This document shows positions 52,850 through 64,000 of a DNA stretch of 64,000 nt, piece after piece. Origin of the DNA: Eledone cirrhosa (taxonomy: Eukaryota); assembly GCA_964016885.1 (NCBI GenBank), contig OZ024743.1:218302001-218366000 (forward strand). The letters are read 5' to 3'. The notes beneath the pieces were generated by a model that was not told the DNA's origin, made no database searches, and was given only the letters and a program-made list of their open reading frames with translations. The translations under genes and the position numbers were made by a program. How positions within the stretch are numbered: the first letter of the stretch is position 1; every line of letters starts with the position of its first letter.

Positions 52850-54942
52850 CTTAGTCTTAGTCTTAGTTCCTCCAGTCCCTTGTGGAACATTAGGCGACGA
52901 GCTTCCTCCACTTGATCCTGTCACTGGCGGCCCTTCTAGCACCTCTCCAGGTAATTCCCATCTCCCGCAGGTCCTCCCTGAATGTGCTCCGCCATGTTTT
53001 TCGTGGTTTTCCCCGTTCTCTCCTGCCACCTTCTGGTACCCAATCCATGGCAATATGAGCAGGTCGATCTGCCGGCAAACGAAGGATGTGACCCGCGAAC
53101 CGCCGTCTCCTTTTCCGGACAATGTCCCTTAACCTCTCCAATCCTGACCTCCTCATCACTTCCTGGTTGCTAACTTGGTCTCTCCATGAAATGTTCAATA
53201 TGGTCCGAATGCAACGACGGTGGAATACATCAAGCTTGTTACATACACTTTCCGTACTCTTCAATGTCTCACAGGCATATATCGCTGTTGGTACTACAAT
53301 GGACATGTAAACACGGAATTTGACGGCGTTGCCGATGGAACACCTGGACCATACCGGACGGAGTCGCTGGAAGACCGCCGCTGCTTTTCCCAGCCTTGTG
53401 CGCACATCCACCTCAGCATCCCCTTCGTCAGAGATGTTGCTGCCAAGGTATTGGAAGTGGTTTACACATTCAATGTTACGCTGACCAACCATGATGGGAG
53501 GATTTGGAGGGTCACCTGTCGACATGGTCTTGGTTTTTTCACAACTGATGCGCAGGCCAACTTTCTCTGCATTGTCATTTAGAACGTTTGTCATCTCTTG
53601 CAGGTATTCTCGGGAATCGCCTATCACTGCGATGTCATCGGCAAAGTTCAGGTCGCTTAATCTCCTTCCATCCCAACTGATGCCAAAACGAGGGTCACTC
53701 ATTGTCTTCTTCATGATGAAATCGATGACAATGAGGAAAAGGAAAGGCGAAAGGATGCAGCCTTGTCGAACACCTCTCAAGATGTCAAACCTTTCCGTGT
53801 TTCCGTCCTTTGTCCTAACGCAGCACCTGGAATGTCGGTACAGCGACCCGAATATGTTAATATATTTCTCTGGGACACTGTAGAGTCTTACAATCTTCCA
53901 CAATGACTCCCGATGAACACTGTCGAAAGCTTTCCTGAAGTCAATGTAGTTGACAACGAGGGACTTGTGGAACTCCCGATATTGTTCAATGGTATTTCGG
54001 AGAGTGAAGATCTGCTCTGAACAAGACCTTCCACTGCGGAAGCCAGCCTGTTCGTCTCGAAGATGACGATCTACTTCTGCTCTCAGCCGGTTCAGGTTGA
54101 CTGTGCAGAATACCTTCCCTGGCACTGATAGCAACGTGACCCCTCTCCAGTTGTTGCAGTTGCTGAGACAGCCCTTCTTCGGTAGTGGTACAATCACTCC
54201 ATTTCCCCAGTCATCCGACACCTCCTCTTCTTGCCAAATCACATTGCATAAATGGGTGAGCTGCTCCTATATTACATCCTTGCCGTGCTTCAGAAGCTCT
54301 GAAGGAATCTCATCCAGCCCTGCCGCTTTGTTATTCTTTTGGCAGCGGATGGCCTTGGCCACCTCAGCTCTTGCGATGTCGTCTAGTCGTACATCCAGCC
54401 GGTAGCTCGCTTCCTCCCAGTCAAGCTCGAAGACTGTTTTAGGGGATGGCTGATTGAGGACCTCACGAAAGTGTTCGTTCCACATCTGGGCCTGCTCTTC
54501 ACTGGCTGCAAGCATCCGACCATCTTTGCTCTTGATTTGGCAAACTGCTTCCACTTCGTCCTCCAGTTAGCTCTCTGACGATCCGGTACAGCGTCTTGGA
54601 ATCATTTCGATCTGCTGCCACCTGCACCTCTGCAGCCCGATCTTCTAGCCACTGGCGCTTGTCTTTTCGACAGCTCTTCTTTACTTCCTTGTCAAGACGT
54701 CTGTACTCTTTGTCCACTTCCTTCCATTGCTGTCGAGTTTTGGTTTGATCTCTTTTGTTCTTAACATTCTTCCTTTCGTCAATGAGATTCCATGAAGTAC
54801 TGCTGATCGACTGTTCCCGGTTGGTCCCCCTTCTTCTACCAATAACTACATCAGCACTCGCCCTGACCGCCTGAGAAAGCATCTGCCACTGGTCCTCACG
54901 GTTCTGTGCGTGCTGTAGTTCTTGGAACTTATTCCTTATCTC
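52850..54942 (-). mobile_element. RTE-clade LINE, 5'-truncated and decayed
   Basis: ORFs 54499-54882, 54267-54554 and 52890-54242 join through one frameshift and one stop. RT motifs: PKKG..NWRGVTLLS, EQAGFRSGRSC, IDFRKAFDSV, GVRQGCILSP, FADD, FQYLGS. RTE-type C-terminus GHILR...RGKPRKTW. 3' tail (CTAAGA)n at 52850-52866. Confidence 0.93.
52890..54242 (-). pseudogene. RTE reverse transcriptase domain (largest intact fragment, 450 aa)
   Basis: Complete RT motif set within one ORF; upstream part disrupted. Confidence 0.9.
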
Positions 54943-54979
54943 TTATATATATATACATAATTATATGTGTATATACTTT

Positions 54980-55482
54980 AGGGCATCCATAGCAGCGAAG
55001 CTACGGATTTTCAAGAGACCATTCAATCTAAGAAAAAAATATTTCATCTGATCGTGGCCAGTGATATTTTCGAAAGGGAAAAATATTAGGTGTTTTATGG
55101 TCATCAAGAGACTTGATGGATGTTACACGAGGATGCTGAGAATGGCTCTTAACATTTCTTGGAAACAGAAGCTGACAAATAAAGAACTATACAGATCACA
55201 ACCACCAGTCTCAAAAAAAAGTTGCCTGCCGACGAATGAAACTGGCTGAGCACTGCATCCGTCATCCAGAAGAGACATCATGACAACTTGTGCTCTGGAA
55301 ACCGGTCGTCGGACGAAGAAGCGTGGGAAGACAGGCCGTCTCATTCATTGATACCCTGCTGAGAGATGCCAACATTGATAACATCGACGAACTGAGAAAT
55401 GTCATGTGCGACCGGCACGATTGGAGAAAGCGTGCTGAATTTTTGCGAGTGTAAACACGATAGAAGAAGAAGAAGAAGAAGG
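54980..55482 (+). mobile_element. 3' fragment of a second RTE-like LINE
   Basis: KRLDGCYTRMLRMALNISWKQKLTNKELY, then RRLKLAEHC.RHPE...GRR-like sequence; (GAA)n tail at 55463-55481. Confidence 0.8.
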
Positions 55483-55575
55483 TGGACTATTGGCGAGTAA
55501 CAGAGCGATTAGATGAAGCAGTCTGTTTCAACCAAATTTTTTACTCAACCGTGAGGGAGTACATAACAAAATTAT

Positions 55576-55678
<103 letters not shown>

Positions 55679-55869
55679 TTAGGTTTCTTGGTTCACCACT
55701 GGATAGAACTGGTCATTCCGTATGGTCAATCCTGGTGTAATATTGTGAAGAGTACTCAACGCAGTGCAGTTCACCCACACCGGATTCATATGGAACCCGG
55801 TCATTGAAATGATCATAGTATAATAAACCTTTCAAGGATTTACACCAGTCCAGCCTCCTGTTATTTTAT

Positions 55870-55916
<47 letters not shown>

Positions 55917-56045
55917 GTGAGGTCTTTTTACAAAATGAAAAATAACCGAGGTGTCCTACACGAGTGAAAGTATAAAGAAAAAAAGATGAAATCGAAAATG
56001 CAACTGGAGTCTTACTTTTAAAAAAATATATATATTTATTTGGTT

Positions 56046-56084
56046 CATTTACCGGTTTCGCAGTTCTTCTGCTTTTCAAAAATA
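56046..56084 (-). ncRNA. Minimal hammerhead with U3-A8 core
   Basis: Minus strand: tattt-TTGAAAA-gcag aagaa ctgc-GAAA-ccgg-TA-aatg; stem I is weak (bulged). Confidence 0.72.
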
Positions 56085-56184
56085 GAGTTGAGAAGGAGGG
56101 TCTGTGGTTTTTCTCACATATATAGGGTATCTATCATGTGCCAGGTTTACTCGATAAATTAATTAATTAGATATATAATCAATT

Positions 56185-56291
56185 AGAGCATTATAAAATT
56201 ATAAGTGGGAAAAGCAAATAAGATAAAAAGCATTTTATATGTAGGAGGGCCCCCTTCATCTGGCAACCAATTTTTTAGACCTAGTCCTCCA

Positions 56292-56334
<43 letters not shown>

Positions 56335-56425
56335 GCCAATCATTGTAAGTTTGAATCTTGAATCTAACTGGCATGCAAAAACATATATATAGGAATAAGG
56401 TAAGATTTATAGTAGATTCAAATAT

Positions 56426-56518
<93 letters not shown>

Positions 56519-57154
56519 GAGGTGGAACAGAAATGAAACATGGATTACAGGTTAAAATGTAGTCTAGATAGATGAGAAACAAAACGAGGATGTAGTTTAT
56601 GGAACACCCAAATAATTTAGAAGTCGACCTTAAGTATAGCAATAACATTAAGACATGAACGACAACACGTCATTTTGTTTTGAAAATTTTGGAAGTAAGT
56701 TTATAAGTATGAATTTTCTTAAGAATTTCGTAGTTGTCTCTGTGGCCTAGCGGTATGTACTAGAGACAATGGAGATTCTGGCCTTGGGTTCAATCCTGGT
56801 CAAGAGGTACATGTAACCTTTTTCAGTTTTTATTTTACAACCAATAGAAAAAAAACTGAAAAGGTTTAACGGGTACCCTACTTCCGACCAGCATCGAACT
56901 TCAGACCAGTTCACTACCGTCTACGATTCCTCCAAGTAGGTCACCGGGGCAACTACAAAAGTACAGTGAAAATTGATAATTATAAACCTACTTTCAAAAT
57001 TAAAAAGATGTGGTGTCGTTTATAGCTTTCCTAGAGCTATTAGTAATATTTAGGGTCGTCTTGTCAATCTTCTGGCCCCTTGGTAACAAGCTTATTATTC
57101 CTATGTGTGTTTAACTGTTGAATTAATTTAATTTGATTATTTTAGCAAACAAAT

Positions 57155-57206
<52 letters not shown>

Positions 57207-58284
57207 CGGAGAAAGCTAATAGCGATACTCCGACCAAATTCCAACTCACTCAACAAACATTAGGAAATACCTGAGTATATTCCTAATTAAACGTTCGGCG
57301 TGCTAACTAATTGTATTGTGTGGAAAATTGGCTGTATCATTTCATATGAGATATATCAAATATATCACTTCCCAGACGACTCGTTTCATTATAAGATTTC
57401 TACAAGTTGGGTGAAATTATACCAAATTATGTAGAAGCTTGTATAAGATCAACAGATACTTATTCAATTGGGCTCTTATAATTCTTCAGTGGGTGCCCAA
57501 TAATATTAATATTGATAACCAAATCAACATCAATATTTAGCGATAATCACCATCAGTGCTTGGGGGAGCTGCTAGGTTGTTAGTCCAGCAGTTCTAAAGA
57601 AAATCTCACACTGTCCCGAAAATAGGAGGAAGGAGACTACCGCCAAAAACAATACATGCGCAGGTCATTGAACTCTGAAAAGAATTCAAGTCACGTGCTA
57701 GAACTCAATTGGATATGAAAAAATAACCATATGTGTGCATCGCTTAATGATACACATAGATATTTTCTCGGGCAAAATAACAGAATGAGATACAATAACA
57801 AACAATCAATATTCATATAAAAAATAAACAAAGAGAGTCATACCTTATATCGGGAAAGTTCATATCTGATATATATATATAATGCCAATCATTGTAAGTT
57901 TGAATCCGACATGCAAAATCATATATATATATGAATAAAGTAAGCCCAAATCATAGTAGACTCAAATATCACAGAGAGAAAGAGAGCGAGGTGGAGGGGG
58001 GGGGGGGGGGATAAATGAGGTGCAACAGAAATGAAAGATATTAGTAATATTTAGGGTCGACTTCTGGTCATTATTGAAAGTCTCTGGATTTCGCAAAATA
58101 CATAATTTTTATTGGAGATATAAGATATTTTCCCGCAAAAGTTTGATTGCACTTTTTTGTTTCCACTTATGTATTTTTCGAAAATGTTATTTATTCATTA
58201 TAAAAATTAAATGATTGCATTCTCTATGTAGGTGGGCCCCCTTCATCTTCTGGCAACCAATATTTTAGACCCAGTCCGCCACTG
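56185..58284. mobile_element. Second, partial copy of the hAT-type element (right-hand portion)
   Basis: Right-end motifs at 56294 and 58284; AATGCCAATCATTGTA internal blocks at 56332 and 57881 match 40771-41671. No left TIR seen. Confidence 0.7.
57371..57493 (-). ncRNA. Type-I hammerhead ribozyme, intact core, 79-nt expanded stem II loop
   Basis: Minus strand: ccca-CTGAAGA-attataag-(79 nt)-cttataat-GAAAC-gagtc-GTC-tggg. Confidence 0.85.
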
Positions 58285-58836
58285 ATTGAAGCTGTAGGTG
58301 ATTTGAAAAATTATTTTATGTCGGAATCCCAAACGCAGAAAATAGCTGTAAGCAGACCCTTGGTTATATGATTAGAACACACGGCTGGAATTTGAGGGCT
58401 GGGAAGTTCGATTCTCGAGAGCGACTGCTGGCCACTTTATCCCGCCCATAGTGATATTTTAACCGATTTTCTAAGCTATCATTTATAGTGATAAACTGTT
58501 CTCACAATTCTTTTCTAAGATTGGGATACCTATGTTTTCACACACACACACACATTATATATATAATATATATAATATATATATATAATATATACAATAT
58601 ATATATAATATATACATACACGGCAACTCGATTTCAAGTAATGCCATCGCTTGATACTTTTTACTCCTGCAAGGAATTTACCTATGGCCAGCAATACCAT
58701 GCATCGCAAAAAATGTCACTTATTATGTGATGTCCGTGCTTGAAGCTTTTTAACACACACACACACACACATACACATACATATATGCGTTATGGTCCAT
58801 CTGGTTCTTTACTACACTTCTTTTGTTATATATATG

Positions 58837-58904
<68 letters not shown>

Positions 58905-59109
58905 ACAAAAGAAGTGTGGTAAAGAACCAGATGGACCATAACGCACCAGAGTACTCAATACTTAGGGTAGTAGAGTGGGTAATAGGAAAATGTTTAACCC
59001 CGACGGCAGAACTCAAGCCGTTTCGACGGCAATTTCTGAAATAGACGTCGAAACGGCTTGAGCTCTGCCGTCGGGGTTAAACATTTTCATATATATATAT
59101 ATATATATA

Positions 59110-59209
59110 CATGGTGTCCCTCAAAAATGTATACACACTTCAACAGCATTCTAATTAACATTGCCTGTACAGGTAATCAAAGTGTGTATACATTTTATGG
59201 GGGGACAGC

Positions 59210-59212
<3 letters not shown>
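59110..59212. mobile_element. Tc1/mariner-type MITE (reverse copy of 4965-5065)
   Basis: Same TIRs and spacer in reverse orientation, TA flanks. Confidence 0.8.
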
Positions 59213-59273
<61 letters not shown>

Positions 59274-59372
59274 GCACACACACGTACGTATATATATACA
59301 CGCACATGTAGATATATATATACACACACACATATACACACACACACATATATATGTACGCCCACACATACA

Positions 59373-59405
<33 letters not shown>

Positions 59406-59480
59406 GTATATATATATACATATATATACATATATATATATATACACAAACACACAAACACACACACACACACACATATA

Positions 59481-59556
<76 letters not shown>

Positions 59557-59974
59557 CAAACCTACATACATACATACATCTATACACACAAACACACATA
59601 TATATACACACATACACACGCATATATTTATACATTTATATATATGACATTGTGTGGAAGAAACGGCACAATGCGACAGAATTTCTGAATGCAGTCTGCA
59701 AGTGATTAAAGGAAGCACAATATCTCAGATATGAAACTAATACTCCATAGAGAAATAGATTCGAGTTGATATTTTTAATTCTCATCTCAGGATACCTTAA
59801 TTTCTAACATCAATTTTTGCGCTATCTATTTTAGTAACATACTTATTTCCATCGTCATTGTTTTCAAAATTTATGTCCTGATCTGACGTCTTTCCACACA
59901 CGTGCCTATATTGATTCACGTATCCGTGCAAGTGGCATTCATATTCGTCGGATTTGATTGCGTCTATCGCCAGA

Positions 59975-60210
59975 GCACCAACAAGGGAAAACATAGATGG
60001 ACTGGCTACCTCCCTCGTTTCAGAGACAACAGTGGTAATATTAGAATGACAGAGTGGACACCAAGGCAGTGAAGAAAAACCAGAGGGCGACAAAAAGCCA
60101 GATTGCGCGATGATCTGACCCGATCCTCGGCCCCTCATGACATAATATGGCCATAGATAGAAAGCAGAGTAGGTCAACCAGGGAGAGGTTCCTCCAACAG
60201 GATTGATGAG
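59975..60210 (+). mobile_element. Decayed RTE 3' fragment
   Basis: Reads as TEWTPRQ*RKPRGRQKARLRDDL...MAIDRKQ, a typical RTE C-terminus. Confidence 0.6.
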
Positions 60211-62157
60211 GTCCTGGAATTTGGATTGCTCGTCTCATGAACAAATCACTGCCAGGCTCTTACTGCTATCTACATTGTAAGAAACGAATAGTTGGAGAAA
60301 GCAACTAGTATCATCAATTCACTGAATATTGAATTCAAAATACACGAATGATTGAACATTTTATCATGTGCATAGTAATATATTAGGTTTATGATGGAGT
60401 AAACCTAATAAAGGTGCTGACAGATTGTTGAGTAGACACAGTTGACATGGAGTAAAATTTAAAATGGCTGCGAACTGGTAGTCATTAGAACGTCAAATAG
60501 AATGCTTTGCTATAGTCGTTCTGGCTCTCTGCGCTTTGAGTTCAAATCCCGACGAAATCCATAAAAAAATAACTAGTCCTGTACTGGGGTCAATTCTTCC
60601 TCTACATCTTTCTCAATTCCTCTATCATTCTCTCTCCTTCTCTGCTGGAAATTGGCTATATTCAAACTTGGAGATGGGAGGAATGCCCTGAGAAAAATGT
60701 GCTTCAATGATGTAATTTCACGAAATCAAAACATATGTTACGTTAACCAGTTAGCTCTTATTCGTGTGATCTCTATTTTTTTTAAATATCAGTTAACTGA
60801 TATTATCAATTATGTCCGTTTGATGTTTTCTTTTTTAGATTTAAAAAACAACTAGTATGAGTTATGTATCACTAATTGCATGGATAACGACAACAAATTT
60901 AATTATTCACAACTCACAATAAGCTGCACCAAGCAAACTTGCCTTAAACACATGGAGAAGAAATTTTCAACAGAAATGTAGTAAAAGTTGTAATGAATCA
61001 TGGGTTATGGGTGATTAGTTCTGTGTCATACATGCGAAAGAAATCCCAAACTGATTTCCATGATACACTTCACCAACTTACCTAATGCAGAGCACAGAAG
61101 CCTACGAACCAACAAAGAAGTTTCTACGTGGTCACATGCCTTTGCTAAAAAATATCAGCCAGCTTTCCCTGAAATTATACTCTGCCATCTTAAAATGATA
61201 TCTAAGACTACAATAAACAATGTACCATTCGTAATAAGTTAACTGATAAAAAAAAAAAGGAGCGTATATTGATTTGCTGGAATAATTTAGATCATGGGTC
61301 TTCTCAATCAGAGACGAGCTGTGTCTAAATACAAAGAGAGAGAGTAGTCTTTCTCTCGTTATTTCTTCTTCAGGCGAAAGGCAAGTTACCTGCTTTCGAT
61401 AGTTGACCTTGCATCGTTTTTATTTTCCAAAGATTTTCTTTGACTGATCTTCCTGGCTGGTCTTTAGATTTGTTAAATTCCCCTGGATGCGGAGTTGTCT
61501 ACTAATTGCATAGATAATATCAGATAATAATTATTTTTCAAATCTCTAACTAAAATATGTAAGACTCTACACCATGTGTACTACTATGCAAAGCGCTTCT
61601 TCTACTTTCCCTCGGTCCAATTGTTGATATTCATAGAAAAATAAGAAAAAGAGTAAGAAAAAAGAAGGGGGAGTTGGAGAGAACGACAGTCTGAGCGGTG
61701 TTTCAGTGGAGAATAGCCAACGACACTCGCTGCAACATCCATTCCACCACACGGAGCTCCTTCCTCGAGTGGGCTGCTGTCTTTCCGATTTTACGAAGGA
61801 AAGCTGCATTGTATTCATCGTATGACTATATATGCAAAGGTTGCATCATAAAACAATGTAAACAAAAGTAAAATATTCGTTTTTAGCTATCTATAATACA
61901 ATCTGCTACTTTTAGAATTTTTTTTTTCTACTTTTTATGAAATTCATCTCACAACACTCCTTAGACCGATTATATCTATACGATTTTAAAGCCTGTAAAG
62001 TCAACGTCAAAATGTGACAAAGAAAAGCAAATGAAGACGAGACAGTTCTGGGAGTAAATGATAGGACAAAGTGCGTTTAATCTTCGTAGGATAGACACTG
62101 ACAAAATCTCAGTTTTTGAGAATTAATGCAAAGGGCAAGAGTTGGTCTTGATCTATC

Positions 62158-62415
62158 TGTATGGAGATAGGCGGAGACAGCGATCTGAGTGGAGATAGAC
62201 GAACATAACGATCCTTATATGGAGATAGATGGAGATAACAATCTAAATGGTGATAGACGGAGAAAGCGATCCTTATATGGAAACAGACGGAGAAAACGAT
62301 CCTTATAAGGAGATAGACGGAGACAACGATCCTTTTGGAGATAGACGGAAACAACGATCCATATATAGAGATAGACCGAGACATCGAGACATATATGGAG
62401 ATAGACCGAGACAAT
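62158..62415. repeat. ~29-30-bp minisatellite
   Basis: GGAGATAGACGGAGACAACGATCCTTATAT-like unit, about 9 copies. Confidence 0.9.
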
Positions 62416-63444
62416 GAAAAAGATGATGTTAACGATGCTACCAACAGAAATATAGGTGGTTGTTCCAAGTTTTACGCCTCCGATTTTCAGAGGTGTGAAA
62501 GTGTGGGCTGAAAAGTTCATAGGCTGACCAAGATACTCTCATGGAATGACAGGAGCGGTGGAAGCATTTCTGAATTAGTGGGGGGGGGGGGGGGTAAATT
62601 TCGACAATTTAGTTATAGTGATTAATTTAGCTCTTTGCACTCTAAAATGGTCAGAAACCTTCGATATGCGATAAACATAATATGTACATAAATTGTTGTG
62701 CATATCCAAATATATGTGTTTTGGTAGTTTGGGGAGAAAATATAATTATTGGAGGAGGCATGCACCCACCCACCCAATCCACCGCACTGTATATATATAA
62801 TTAACAAAAAATGATGCTCTGTGCCCTTTCTTAAAGGGTTGTACAGCCACTGGAAATAACATCTGTGAAATATACAGCTCCATCTATCTGTTAGATCTAC
62901 CTCACCGTGAAACAAACAACCCTTTGAAAACCATCAGAATAAACGCCTACGCAGCGAATAAACATCAAACGATTATTTCTGTATAAATAGAGTGGTCCCA
63001 AACACTTTCGCTAGTCGACATTTGGCAGAGTCAACCCGCGTATCGTTGTTCCTCGCCTCTGCCACGCTTTGTCACTCACACACGCCTTGTACCTTGTATC
63101 GTCGCTTCATGTGAAAATAAATAGCTGATCGAATTTACATCCCTCGCCTTGCTTCGTCCTTTCAACTTGTGCTTTCGTCTGTTCATCTTTACCGTATGTG
63201 ACAACAGTTCTTTTAAGGGCTATCTTCAGATACGATCAGACCGTATGCGATAACAGTCCTTTTAAGGGCTATTCTCGGATCTGATCGGAAGTAGTGACCA
63301 GACTGACTAACCACGTCGCTACAGGGTTAATATATCGAGCTTCTTCGCATTTGCTATTATACCCAATTTAGTCATCTCGTATATATATATATATACACGA
63401 GATGACTTTGGGTTTTTGCTACTATGTTTTCTATACCTTTCATT

Positions 63445-63513
<69 letters not shown>

Positions 63514-64000
63514 TACATAGATCTCTCTTCCAACCCCTCTCTATATCTACTACACCGAATTCTCTTCCAATGCCCCTCTCTATATTAATTAGCACCAAAT
63601 TCTCCTCCTCTCTATATCTACTACACTGTACTCTCTTCCAATCCTCCTCTCTATATCAATTAACACCAAATTCACCCTCTCTATATATCTACTACACGGT
63701 ATTCTCTTCTATTCCCCCATATATATATATATATATATATATATAATGGAGATTGCTAAAGGACCACTGCTAACTTAAAATCCAACTCTTGTTTGGTATT
63801 ACTTGTGATTTACTATTCTTCTGCAATCGTATAGGTTTAGTTAGTTTTTTTATTGCTTCCTTCAAGTAAAGAAAGAAACAGTTTGAGGAAACTGGTAGTG
63901 TTAGTTTGCGCCGATAAAAATAATATTAGGTAGTGTTTCGTGAGATTGGATAAGTTAGTAATGCCGTTTTAGGACTTTTCTATCTGCGCGCACACATAAA

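Noticed and set aside
61630-61826. Possible host exon (KNKKKSKKKEGGVGEN...)
   Set aside because: No recognisable homology, weak splice signals, isolated.
62158-62415. CRISPR-like array
   Set aside because: Eukaryotic minisatellite with no unique spacers and no cas genes.
63000-63330. piggyBac-like MITE ending AGGG-TTAA
   Set aside because: Left TIR and TTAA site too degenerate to confirm.

Overview
AT-rich, microsatellite-saturated eukaryotic DNA, most likely intergenic or intronic sequence from an octopus (cephalopod). That assignment is inferred from the recurring tRNA-headed SINE family and the repeat landscape. I see no convincing host exon, and almost all tracked ORFs are translations of simple repeats. 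Recognisable mobile DNA: a decayed Penelope-like retroelement (PLE; RT + GIY-YIG, probably Naiad clade, 30186-32790), a decayed RTE LINE (52850-54942), R4/Dong- and CRE-clade LINE fragments, a young non-autonomous LTR element (32970-35771), a non-autonomous hAT element with an 8-bp TSD (38484-41671), an internally deleted Helitron (47892-49320), Tc1/mariner MITEs and many SINEs. The main hidden signal is a dense set of short non-coding elements inserted in (TA)n microsatellites. They carry type-I, mostly minimal, hammerhead ribozymes (HHRs): more than 20 complete or partial motifs from at least a dozen unrelated families. They include two independent U3-A8 compensatory cores, U4C cores and ~80-nt stem II expansions. 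Many copies are fold-back inverted duplications whose junctions fall in or at the edge of the ribozyme. All structures were read by eye; none was folded computationally or tested.
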